Source: Azolla caroliniana (Eukaryota > Plantae > Polypodiophyta). Taken from it: a stretch of 64,000 bases of DNA. This document shows, one piece after another, positions 11,584 through 24,201 of the stretch. Location of the stretch: the NCBI GenBank assembly GCA_043228905.1, contig JBHGNT010000014.1, positions 12,028,001-12,092,000 on the forward strand. The letters are read 5' to 3'. Both the position numbers and the translations under genes were made by a program. Every line of letters begins with the position of its first letter. Positions within the stretch are counted from its first letter, which is position 1. The notes beneath the pieces are model-generated. The model was not told the DNA's origin. It did no database searches and saw only the letters and a program-made list of their open reading frames with translations.

Positions 11584-14438
11584 CACGTTCCAGGACATCC
11601 GGACAAAGTTCCTACAATTATTTCACCGCCAAGTTCCGAAGCGGGAATTACTCTGGCAATTCTTTTCGATGAGCCAAGAACCTCACGAGACGGTCGCCCA
11701 GTTCACGATCCGGTTTCAGGATCTCTACCGAAAACTGGCCGACGATGTCTCCGCTCATCACATTCCGGATACCTTCTTGTCGATCCTACAGGAGCCTCTA
11801 TGAACGACTCTCGCACTTACAGATTTCTCCAACCAGACTATTGAGCAAGTCATCACACACGACCTTGCAATTGATCGGACACAACATACCACGGTTTTTT
11901 CCACGGGCTCTTTACAAAGATCCCTTCCTCAGGAGGACAATCGTTTCCAACAAGCCCTTCAATGCATGGCCTACTCAGGCTCAGGCCATCTGGCTCTTGA
12001 GTGCCCTCACTGGCCACACTGCCCCATATGTCAGTTCTGAGCTCACACAATTGCACAATGTGAGTACAACATGCTCAACCGCACAATAACGGCTCCGGTT
12101 CGCTAGATCGAGTTGCACAATACGTACTCTTGGTAGGATGAACGTCAGTCATACCGACATCGGGAAAATGAGCAACTACGATCCCTGGATCGCCATCGCC
12201 GTGACAATGACTACTGCCGCGACGACAACTACCGTCGCCACGACGACCGGTACCGCCACGACAGTTGTAGGAGATCGGACGACCGTGACTAGTACCACGA
12301 CGACCAATATAGAGCAAACAATGAATATGATCGGTATGACGATGACCGGGAGGACCGGTACGATCAACGGTATGCACGAAATGATCGACGAAACTCTTAT
12401 AGAGGTCCGCGGAACAATCAACGTTAGAACGACAATCGTCATCGGGACCCCCCTCCAAACGCAGCGCACACCGTGCCACGGGCCAACACGCCTACCCAAG
12501 CGGCCGGGAACCAATCACAACCCTTCCCACACACTGAGCATGGTGACACCAACAACTCGGCATCCGTTATCTGCTTTAAGTGTAACCAACCCGGCCACTA
12601 CGCTACCCAATGCCCAACCACAGACCGCGGCAAGGCCCCGACTGTGAATACTATTATGGCCGACGTCCAACACATCACTACACATAGCAAGACCCACACC
12701 AACCAATGGCAAGAACAAGATGACGTCCAACAAGCAGCCAAGGAATGGGTTGACACTGCCAACAAAAGCAATGTGGCACGGATGCACACAGAGATGCAGG
12801 GTGTGACCATCGACGCACCACCGACCGTAGAACCATCCACCACGGCAGAAGATGACTATCTATGGGAAGCCCTTACAAGCACTAGGATCTCATTGCCATT
12901 ACATAAGATGTTACCGCTCATGCCGCGCTTTCAGGATACATTGGCTAAACTCACGACTAACGACAAATCGGTCGTACCCCCTGTTAACTTGACGGAGCCA
13001 GGGACAGGCCCACCCCTCATGGATTCCCATAATCCAGCCGTGAAAATCATGATTAAAGGACACGACCTTCATGGGTGCATTATCGACGGTGGCTCCGGTG
13101 TGAACGTCATCAGCGAGGCCACATGTCACACCCTCGGCATAAGCCAATGGGAGCCGTGCTCCTTTTGGTTGCGGATGGCCGATACGCGATCGGTTCGCCC
13201 CATCGGGTTAATCCACCACCTTGATTTCACGTTAGCCGACCACCTATTCACTATCTCGGCAGTCGTGTTACGCCTCGAAGCTCCGGGCACTTACCCAATG
13301 TTGCTTGGCCGACCCTAGCTACGCACAACAAATATTAAACAACATTGGTAGCGGAATATGATCTCCTTCCGTCGGGGGAAGTCGAAGGTACGGGTAATAA
13401 CTGAAGAACGCCTAACCACGCCTCACAAAACTACGCCCTTATACGTGGAAGGGGTACACATGCTCGACGACTTAGCCGACGAAGAGGTGGATGACTTCCT
13501 AGAAGATCACCCCACTATCGTACCTCTCTTCGAAATAAACGCCATTTCGGGTGTTGGCACACCACTGGACGAGGATGGCATGACAGATTCCCTTCCCTAG
13601 GAATACACCGATCCCACCACTATCGTGGAACTACGACAAGCGCGGGACACGTTTGAATGAGAACTCGCCATTTCCCAGTGGGTAAAAGCATCAATGCTCG
13701 AGTCACTGAACCTCGGCTCCGATGAGAACCTGCGGACACTTCAAATTGTTGATAACTTACCAACCGACGAATAGTCAGCCCTGGTACACCTGCTCACGGA
13801 ATATCCGGATGTATTCGCCTGGTCTTACACGGATATGAAGGGATTGGATCCCCAATTTTACCAACACCAAGTACACCTCCTACCGAACACTTGGCCGATC
13901 CAACAACAACGGTACCGTATGAACCCCAACTATGCGGCTAAGGTCAAAGAGGAAATCGACAAACTCCTTCGAGTAGGCTTTATACGTCCAGTAAAAAGAG
14001 CCACATGGTTAAGCCCAATCGTCGTGGTCCCCAAGAAAAATGGGAAAATCCGCGTTTGCGTTGATTACCGCAAACTCAATGTTGCGACAGTCACGGATGG
14101 GTTCCCTCTTCCGTTCACAGATAGTGTCCTCGACACGGTGGCTGGTCATGAATGCTACAGTTTCCTCAACGGGTTCAGTGTCTATAATCAAATCCGAATG
14201 CACCCAGACGATCAGGAGAAAACGGCGTTTGTCACGGACTAGGGTGTCTGTGTGGCCGAGGTAATGATGTTCGGATTAAAGACGACACCGGCCATGTTCC
14301 AACGCATCATCTCAAAGATTTTCAAAGAGTATATTCCAGCGTTCATGCAAGTGTTCCTCGACGACTTTGCCGTGTATGGCCAACGGCTTGAGCATATGAC
14401 CCAACTACGGCTCTGTCTTGAACGATGCTGACACACGT
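11584..14438 (+). pseudogene. Element B gag C-terminus, protease and RT N-terminus
   Basis: TFQDIRTKFLQLF, CFKCNQPGHYATQC, IIDGGSGVNVI, RVCVDYRKLN, VFLDDF; multiple stops. Confidence 0.9.
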
Positions 14439-15107
14439 TGTCGTGAAGAAAACCGTCCACGAGCAGAATCCGTGCACCGGAGCGTAGAAACCGACTCTTC
14501 ATGCACGTGCGCCTTAAGTTGTACATAGGAGATCCTAGGTAGATTCGGTGGGTAGGAAGTTAGGGGGGGGGGAAACGGCTCCTTCCCTGCCTATAAAAGG
14601 AGGGAGACGCGAAAGAGGAGGGGATCGCGGAGAGTCGAGGACGAAGTGCTGTCGGTTGCGTGCGAAGGCTTCTCTCTCTCTCTCTCTGGTTCGCAAACTC
14701 CATAGCTTCCTTCTGTGCAGGTTTCGGGAGGCTCGCGCTGCTCTGAGGAATGCCCGAGTGCTTCCGGCAGCACCTCCAGCCTGCTCCTGCCTTTCTGTGC
14801 GTTTACGAACAGGTATCGGCATCTATTCGCCGGCCTGTTCGGTTGTAACCGACTCTGTGTTGTGTTGTTTGTTGTTTGTTAATACATACATACGTTTGTG
14901 TCTTCCTGTGTCGCTGTCCCACTCGCGTCCTTGCGTCGAAGGGCCGTGTCTCTGTGAATCTACTCTCGCTCGTAGTGCGCATCTTCTCCTTTCTTTCTTG
15001 CTCTTTGGTACAGGACCCCCGAGGTCCCGCCCCATTCCACGTATCCGCGAGGAAAACCTCGACATCTTGGTGAACCTGACGTGAAGGAGGCGGCAGAAGA
15101 GCAGAAG

Positions 15108-17234
15108 ATGAAAGGGTCGGATCTTGCAGAGGCCATGGCTTCGGCCGTGGACCGGATACTGAGCGCACGCGAGGGCTCCGGCGCCCTCGATAGAGCCATT
15201 GAGGCGGTCGTCAGTACGATCGGCCGGTTCAGCGGAAAGGATGCCACGAAGTATTTGGCGTCCTATGGGGCAGAAATGCTGATGCGGGACATTCCGGAAG
15301 AGAGGCGTCTTGCCGGGTTTCCTCGAGTGGTGATGCCGAGCATCCATGCGGAGGTGCTCGAGGTGCGGGCGGAGAGCCGTACCTGGGAGGAGTTGGAAGG
15401 CCGACTCCTAGAAAAATACGGCCTGGACGACGCGCTCTGGCTTTCGAAAAGGGACTTCATGGAATGGGTGGAGTTCCCCGGCAAGGGAAGAAACGCGACG
15501 GCACTCCTCCGGGAGTTCGAAGAACGCTTTGCGCGCCTTTCGGCGCTTGACCGAACCGTTCTGGATACGAGCCGGGTCCTACTGTTCGTCAAGTCGGTGG
15601 ACGAGCGGGACCGGGACCAAGTCGGCTCCTTGCTGGAGACCGAGGACGGGCTGACAGCCGACTGGGCTGCGGTTAAGAGAGTCTGTGGCCGTTTCGATAA
15701 ACGACGAGAATGGGCTGACAACGGGGCGGCAGGTGCGGACTCTGTCACAACAAGGAGGCTTGAACCGGCACCGCAAGTGCGAAGGGAAGAGACCCGGGAA
15801 TGGCTCGAAACCGGTCCGGCTTCGACCGGCATGGTCAATGGCTCGTCCGGAGGAGCAGCGCTGGAGGAGTTGACGCGGGCGATAAAGGATCTCCAGATCG
15901 CCCTGACTCGAAGGGAAGGCGGCGAACCGGCTCGTGACCGACGGCCGGCAGTAGGGAACAGGTGCATGTGGTGCGACGAGGTCGGCCACATCCGGAAGGA
16001 CTGCGGCGATTTCGCAGAAGCATTGAGGAACCGGGTGGTGTACCTGTGGGAAGGCCGGGTGCACGCCGGCGACACCAGAAGGACCCTAAACCGAAACGAC
16101 GGACGAGGAGGTATGAAGAGACTGATGGAAGAGGCAGCGGCCCGACACGTGGAGGCCGTCCACTACTCGGCGTCGGCCGGCATTCGGGTCGGGGGCAGCG
16201 AGGCCCGAAAGGAGGGCAAAGACGGATTCTGGTTGGCAATGCTGGAAGGTCTTGCCGGCGCACGGTTGAAGAAGGATGAATCGGACTGCGCTGAGAGACG
16301 GATCCGGGAAATAACCGGGTGGAGCGATCCGGTCGAGGAGAAGACGGGCTTCGTAGAAGCCGCCTGCCAGAACTACGAGGCTCTGGTAGAAGACAAGCGG
16401 GTGGGGAAAGCCGGAGCGGCCGGGCCCTCACAACGATACGAGACCCGATTCGGTCAACGACGGAACGATGCCGGCGGGTCCAGCTCGCAAGATAACCCCA
16501 GGAAGGGCGGATACCGACTGGGGACAGAGATAGAAAGGACTACGGACCTACGAAAGGTCCTAGAAGAACGGATCCTCGACAGCAAAGTGGAGCTGACATT
16601 GCGAGAGGTGTTAGGGATCGCCAAGAAGGAGTTCCACGACTCCATTGTAGACTTGGTGAAACGGAAGAGGCTGTCGACGGAGACGGATCCGGAAAGACCG
16701 GTAGAGGTGCGGACGACGCACATCGACGACTCGGCGCTGGCAGATGAGTGGGCGGAGAGCCACTATTCGAGGCCACACTGGGCCCGAGCGACCACGGAGA
16801 CCCCGGTAAAGATCGGAGAGGTTTAGGAACCGGTGGTGGCACTGGTGGACCACGGTTCGGAAATAAACCTGATGTCCATGGACTTCTATAAGAAGGGGAA
16901 GTGGCCGATCAACACCAAGCACGGGTGGAAGATACGGGCGGCGACGCGCGCCATCGAGGAACTGCATGGGGCCTGCCCGAATGTGCGAGTAAAGATCGGC
17001 GACGTCGAGATTGACCAGCACTTCTTCGTACAGGAGACGTCCTCGCATCCGGTCATATTAGGGGAACCATACATCACGGCGGCGAGAATGGAGACCAAGG
17101 TGCTGGACAACGGTTCGGCCTACGCGAGGGTCAAAAGCCAGGACGGGCGCCATTCGGTGCAATTTCAGACGGTGCGGCCGAACCACGAGAGAAACCGCGA
17201 ATCCCTCGGTGGCGAGAGCCGGGAGGATTTTTAG
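15108..17234 (+). pseudogene. Gag-protease ORF of C (one internal stop at 16824-16826)
   Basis: CMWCDEVGHIRKDC knuckle; ALVDHGSEINLM protease in the same frame; ends at GGATTTTTAG. Confidence 0.85.
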
Positions 17235-20200
17235 AGAGGGCTGCCAAGGCGTGGGGCTGAGACAGCCCGGACACTTGGAAAAGACCCCACGACTGTACGA
17301 TAGGTAGGGGATTTTGCTTCTCCGACAATGGAGGGTGTATGATAGTCGGCATCGTCGGCCGAGAAAAGACAAGGGCGGAAGTGCGACTTCGAGCGTGCGG
17401 AGTTCTCGGCCCGGACGAGGAAATCAGCGGAGCCGTGGAGGCGGTCTCCTTCGATGACACCTTAGGAATGCTGAGGAAGGTAGCCGGAGAAGACCTTAAC
17501 GAAGACCGGACGATACCGGTATGTTCCGAAGAGATGTACGAAGTCATCGCGAACTTCAGTCGGGGGCTCGGGTCGGATCGGACGGCCCGAGTTAACACGA
17601 GGTACCAGACTGTGGACCGGAAGGTAAGGCCAGTCGCGGCACCCTTGCCGGAGGGCAGCGAGTCCCGAATCAGAGGGGTGGCGTCGGACCCCAGTTTACG
17701 AGATCCGGCCTGCATAGGACACACCTTCACCGACGGAACGCTCTGGGAGCTCAAAATCGGTGGGGGCGGGTTCCTACTGTCGGCGGAGGAAGACCGGTTT
17801 CGGAGAATGCTCGGAAGGCACGGGAAAGCCTTTGCATTCTCACCGGAAGAGATCGGGTGCGTAGACCCGACGATCGTGGAGCCGATGGTGATATTCACGG
17901 TACCGCATGTACCGTGGAATCTCAAGCCGATTCCAGTACCGAGAGCTCACATCCCGAAGTTGATGGAGCTATTGAGGCAGAAAGTCGATATGGGTATTCT
18001 CGAACCGTCGAGCGCGCCATACTCGAACCGATGGTTTACTGTGCCAAAGAAAAACGGAACATTGCGCTTCATTTAGGACCTGCAGCCGGTCAACAGAGTG
18101 ACCATCCGGAACGCAGGAATCGGACCGACCATAGACGAGTTCGCGGAGGCCTTCGCCGGAAGGTCGATCTACTCGGTCGGTGATCTGTACTCGGGGTACG
18201 ACCAGTTCCAGCTAGCCGTGGAGAGCAGAGACATTACGACGATGCGAACCCCCCTCGGCCTAGTGTGAATGTGTACCCTGCCGCAAGGAGGGACCAACTC
18301 GGTGGCCCACATGGTGAATGCAATGAACAAGGTACTGAGGGATTGCATCCCGGACATCACCATGTTGTTTCTAGACGACATCCCTATCAAAGGGTGCCCG
18401 GTGGAAGAGAAGGACGAGACAGTCGGGCCGGACGGATGCCGGCGATTCGTGGCAACTCACATCGGCGACTGCGAGAAGGTGCTACAAAGGCTAGAGGATG
18501 CGAGGCTCACTTTCTCCGGGGAGAAATCGGCCTTCGGGCAATCAGAAATCCTGGTGGTCGGGCACCTATGTGGACCGTTTGGCCGGAAGCCGTCTCCGGC
18601 AAAGGTAGAAGCCATCTCCGCGATGAAGACCGACTGTAGCTCCGTTACGGAAGTTCGGAGGTTCGTGGGGGCATGCGCGTTCTACCACATATGGATCCCG
18701 CATTACGCCCACATTGCGGAGCAGCTATACGGGTTGCTGAAGAAAGGGCGAAAGTTCGAGTGGCGAGATGAGCACACGGAGTCGGTCCGGAAGCTGAAGG
18801 AAGCTCTTGTGGCAGCACCGGCGCTCCGGAAGGCTGTCTACGAGAAGGGTACCCCGGTATACATAACGGTGGATACGAGCCCGACCGGGATCGGATGGGT
18901 CGTCAACCAAGAAGACGAGGACGGCACCCGGTTCCCGATCCGATTCGGCGCTAAGGTCCTCAGTGAGCGACAGCGAGGGTACGCCCAGGTTAAACGCGAA
19001 CTCTAGGGTATCGTTTCGGCGGTAAAGGCGGACAAAGACTACCTGATCGGGACAGAAGTGATTATCGAGACGGATTGCCTGCCGATTCTCGGCATGGTTT
19101 CCGGATGCGCGACACCGGACCTGTCGATGCTCAGGTGGATAACATACATCAAGTCCCTGGATCCGGAAATACGGCACATTTCCGGAAAGGACAATGCCAT
19201 GGCCGACATGCTTTCAAGGGCGAGGTTTGATGACGAGGGCGGCATGGTTTCGGAGGACGAAGAAGTCGGCGTGGACTTCTTCGAAGCGGCGTACGTGACG
19301 ACCGATGGGACGAGCACTCCGGCACTTAACGGGTTCGACGAGAGCAAGTACGACGGCGAGTGGCTCCAGATCGGTAGGTTTCTGAGGACAATGACGCCGG
19401 ATGCGTCATGGACGAAGGACGAGGCCAACCGGATCCGGAAGAGAGCTTACCGATTCTTTCTCCTGGACAGATGCTTATGGAAGCACCCGAAGAAGAGGAA
19501 CGGCGTCCCGCTCCGGGTGGTGGCGATGAAGGAAGAACAGGAGGAGCTGCTGACGGCCTACCACGACAGCCCTTGGGCTGGACACCGTGGAACGTGGGCC
19601 ACGTTCGAGAAGATAAAGGGGAAGTACTGGTGGCCGGGACTGTACCGGGACGTGCATCGGTTCATGACAACTTGCGAGAGCTGTCAGATGCACTCCGTGG
19701 TCCGACACCGGGACGAGCTTCACCCTACGTACCCTCCGACCATCCACTTCCAATGGATGGTAGACATGGTGACGATGCCGATGGGAGTAGGATAGATGCG
19801 GTATATGGTCCTAGCTCGGGAAGATCTGACGAGCCAGGTAGAAGGCCGGGCCCTTCAGAACAAAACGACCGCGGCCGTATGTCGGTTCCTGATTGAGGAC
19901 GTGATATGCCGGTACGGGTGCATCGGGAAGATTGTGGCTGATCGCGGGGAGTTGGACGCCGAAGAGGCCGAGGAGCTGTTCGACCGGCTCGGAGTCAAGC
20001 TCTCGCTTACCACTGCGTACAATCCAGAGGCGAATGGAAAGGTGGAGCGCGGACACGGACCAATCGTCAAGGCGTTAGTTCGGGCATGCGGAGGTCAAGT
20101 CGGGAATTGGCCGCGGCTGCTGCCTTACGCGTTGTGGGCGGACCGAACTATGCATAGTTCGGTAATCGGATTCATGTCGGCAGAACTCATGTTTGGGCAG

Positions 20201-20698
20201 AAGCCGGTCATGCCAATGGAACGTACGATCTCCTCGTGGGCAACCGTGGACTGGAGAAACGAGATGAGCAGGGAGGAACTGCTGGCGGCGTGCATACAAC
20301 AGCTCAAGCGGAGACCGGAGGACGTGGAGCGGGCTGCGGAAAAGCTTCGGGTGGCCAGGACGAGGAACAAAGCCCGGTTCGACCGGACGCACCGGCTCCG
20401 ACCGAAGAAGATCGAGGAAGGCGACTGGGTGCTAGTCTACGACAGCAGCTTCGACAACTAGCACCGAGCGACATGGAAGTTCGCAAGAAGGTGGTTCGGG
20501 CCTTACGTGGTACAAAGCGCCAACGACAACGGGACGTACCATCTGGCGGAGCTCGACGGTACGCGAATGGCGATACCGGTAGCGGGGAAGCAGGTCAAAG
20601 CATTCAAGAAGCGTCACGACAACGAGCCGGATTCGGTTAACCTGGACCGGGACGACGAACGATCCGAAACCGAGGAAGAACCGACGGGCAGGGAATGA
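17231..20698 (+). pseudogene. RT-RNase H-integrase ORF of C (-1 frame, several stops)
   Basis: YSNRWFTVPKKNGTLRFI, FLDDIPIKG, TVDTSPTG, ETDC, HDSPWAGH..CESC, ADRGE, NGKVERGH, WFGPY. Confidence 0.9.
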
Positions 20699-21402
20699 AG
20701 GCTGGACCGGTTTTCTCCGTCCCAACACAATTTGGCGCATGCCGGTGGATGCGCGGTTAGGTGGGGGCGGGTGTCGTGAAGAAAACCGTCCACGAGCGAA
20801 ATTCGTGCACCGGAGCGTAGAAACCGACTCTTCATGCACGTGCGCCTTAAGTTGTACATAGGAGATCCTAGGTAGATTCGGTGGGTAGGAAGTTAGGGGG
20901 GGGGGGAAACGGCTCCTTCCCTGCCTATAAAAGGAGGGAGACGCGAAAGAGGAGGGGATCGCGGAGAGTCGAGGACGAAGTGCTGTCGGTTGCGTGCGAA
21001 GGCTTCTCTCTCTCTCTCTCTGGTTCGCAAACTCCATAGCTTCCTTCTGTGCAGGTTTCGGGAGGCTCGCGCTGCTCTGAGGAATGCCCGAGTGCTTCCG
21101 GCAGCACCTCCAGCCTGCTCCTGCCTTTCTGTGCGTTTACGAACAGGTATCGGCATTTGTTCGCCGGCCTGTTCGGTTGTAACCGACTCTGTGTTGTGTT
21201 GTTTGTTGTTTGTTAATACATACATACGTTTGTGTCTTCCTGTGTCGTTGTCCCACTCGCGTCCTTGTGTCGAAGGGTCGTGTCCCTGTGAATCTACTCT
21301 CGCTCGTAGTGGGCATCTTCTCCTTTCTTTCTTGCTCTTTGGTACAGGACCCCCGAGGTCCCGCCCCATTCCACGTATCCGCGAGGGAAACCTCGACAAC
21401 GT

Positions 21403-23480
21403 GCTTAAGTTTAAATCCGGCAAAATGCGCGTTCTTGGTGACAAGCGGCAACCTGCTCGGGCACATAGTCAGCCAAGAAGGTATCGCCGTGGACCCGGAT
21501 AAAGTGCAGACCATTCTGAATGCCCCCGCGCCCTCTACCACGAAGGTTCTCAATAGATTCTTGGGCCAAATTAGATGGCATAGCTGGATGTTGCGACACC
21601 TGGCCAATTTCGTGACCCCGTTACACGCGGCGGTGCATAGACTTCCATTTCAGTGGTCTTCAACAGAAGACGAGGCGTACCAAGCCTTGCAGTTAATGCT
21701 CTCCCATGCCCCAGTGGTATAGGCACCGGTCTGGTCGGAACCTTTTCACGTCTTCGTAGATGCATCAGATATGGCCATCGGCAGTGCACTCATGTAGCGC
21801 ACACCACCAAATTGGTACCGGCCAATGTATTACGCCAACCAATGACTCTCGTTCGCGGAGAAGAACTACTCAACCACTGAACGCGAGGCCCTCGGTATGG
21901 TTTACAACATCAACAAATTTTGGCATTATCTCTTAGGCCGGAACTTCACATTCCGCGTTGACCACTCGGCCCTCCTCTACTTGGTTAATAAGCAGGCCCT
22001 CACAGGTCGCCTGGCCCGATGGATGCTACTGCTGCAAGAGTTTGATTTTCAGATCCAACACCGGCCCGATGTCCAACATGCCGTAGCTGACTACCTGAGC
22101 CGCTTCGAGTCAGGCGAACCAGCCGTGTCCACGTACGATGAATTACCCGACGCCGCCCTTTTCAGTCTCGCAACGGTGCCAAACGCGAATGAGGATGAAT
22201 GGATCTCCGAGATGACCCATTTTCTCTGCACCGGCCTTCCTTCCGACCACTTGACCCTCGATGCTCGGAAACGACTAGCTGTCAGGAGCCGAAATTTTTG
22301 TCTTGTCTCCGACACCCTTTACCACAAAGGCTTGGATGGCATCTGGCGCCGTGCAATTCGTCAATTTGAGAAACCCGCAATCCTCCAGGAGGCACATCAC
22401 AGAATCGCGGGGGGACATTATGCTGGAGAGGCCACGACAAGAAAAATTTGGGCAGAGTGGCTTGTGGTGTCCCACAACAAAAAAAGATGCTCATGAATTC
22501 TATCGACAATGCGATCTATGTCAATGCATGGGACAACCGACCGAGCAAGCCTAGATGCCTCACCAACCCATTCTTCCGTTAGAGCCCTTTCAAAAGTGGG
22601 GGTTAGATTTTGTCGAACCTTTTAAACCAGCTCCGGCCCGCACTGGTAACAAATACATCATCGTGGCCACGGACTATTGCACAAAATGGGTCGAGGCTAA
22701 GGCACTACGGGACAATACCGCTGCATCCACAACAAAGTTCGTATACGAACATCTATGGTGCCGATATGGATGCCCAATCGAGCTCATTAGTGACCAAGGC
22801 GGGCATTTTCTAAACCACATAATTCGCGAACTCACTACACACTACGCGGTTGTACATAAAAAATGTATGTTGTACTATCCACATGCAAACAGATTGGCAG
22901 AGTCGACTAATAAAATTTTGTAGACAATCCTAAAAAAAATCGTCAATGAGAACCACACCGATTGGGATGCCAAGCTCCAGAGTGCATTATGGGCGTATCG
23001 CACCACATTCAAAACGAGCATTCATTCTACACCCTTTCGGTTGCCCTTTGGTTTGGAAGCAGTCATGCCGATCGAGTTCCAAGTTCCGAGTCTCCGAGTT
23101 CAGGTTAAGGAAAGGCTACCCGAAGGTCAATCAGAGCAATATCGGCTCGAACAACTCCTCAAACTCGGTGAACAACGAGTGGCCAACATGGCTCACTTGG
23201 AGGAACGGCAACAACAACGCAAAGCCTTCGTCGATCGACACCGAAAGGGTACGGAGAAAGCACTTACCATCGGCAAACCGGTGCTAGTCTTCCAAACACA
23301 ACTCGGTGCGATGCCGGGTAAATTATGATTCCGATGGACAAGCCCCTTTTGGATAATTGACAAGTTTAAAGACACATTCCAACTCGGCACACTTGCCAGA
23401 GACATCATCAAGAGCTGGGCAAATGGCTTCCGACTTCGACCTTACCTCGGGACGACCCTAGTTAATCCTTTCGCCGTGAC
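21403..23480 (+). pseudogene. Element B RT C-terminus, RNase H and integrase
   Basis: LLGHIVSQEG, VDASDMAIGSAL, RWMLLLQEFDF, GGHYAG, WGLDFV, ISDQGGHF. Confidence 0.9.
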
Positions 23481-24201
23481 CGACGGCACAAACCAGCTTC
23501 GGACGATGCCTCGAATGAGGCCACGTGTCCCCATCGGTAAAATCATGACCTACCCACCCAATGTATATAGTAGAAATGATTTTTAGTAGTTAAATTAGCA
23601 TTACCTAGAATTACCTAACTAATCACCCCAAATCATGAGATTTTTTTTTTAGGTGCACCAACTAGTCACATCCACTTTAAAATAGTATATTTAAGAAGCA
23701 TGCACACCAGACTGTAGGGAATGAACAAGGCCGTCGGTGGAATGAAATCACACAATATGAATCTGTGAGGAAGAGATACCTGCGTATGAGAGAGAGAGAG
23801 AGAGACATGAAGAATATATCTATATTCATAAAGGGGCAACCATTACAACAATGAACAACCAAAAAACTTTACAAAAGGTTACAAAGTCACTTTATATAGT
23901 GACTCACTTAGGGCAACTGCCCTTTATGTTATTTACAGAAATAGCCCGAACTTGGGCTCTCTAAGAGGATAGTGTGAATACGTCCATTATACATTTGTAT
24001 TCGACACTCCCCCATAATGGGCGTATACATGGGTTATCTAAAAAAGTACAGGTATAGGCATAGGTTCTCGGACAGGTCGGTTTTGTTCGAATCGGCATGA
24101 TCCGTAGACAGAAGACCGAACTGGTCGGGTCGGAAAAGCTGACGCCGATCGTCAGTGAACCGATGTTTGTTGTCCGAAACTGTCCTGCACTATGTCCAGC
24201 T

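Larger units (their letters stand above)
14439..21398 (+). mobile_element. Ty3/gypsy element C (tRNA-Trp primed), full length
   Basis: LTRs 14439-15064 and 20772-21398 (TGTCG..CGACA, about a dozen differences). 4-bp TSD ACGT, PBS TGGTGAACCTGACGTGA 15068-15084, PPT-like AGGTGGGGGCGGG before 20772. Removing it restores the B RT frame (RC*HTCLSLNPAKC). Confidence 0.96.

Noticed and set aside
14535-17925. Many long antisense and alternative-frame ORFs in C, D and H
   Set aside because: Expected shadow ORFs of GC-rich coding or LTR sequence; no motifs.
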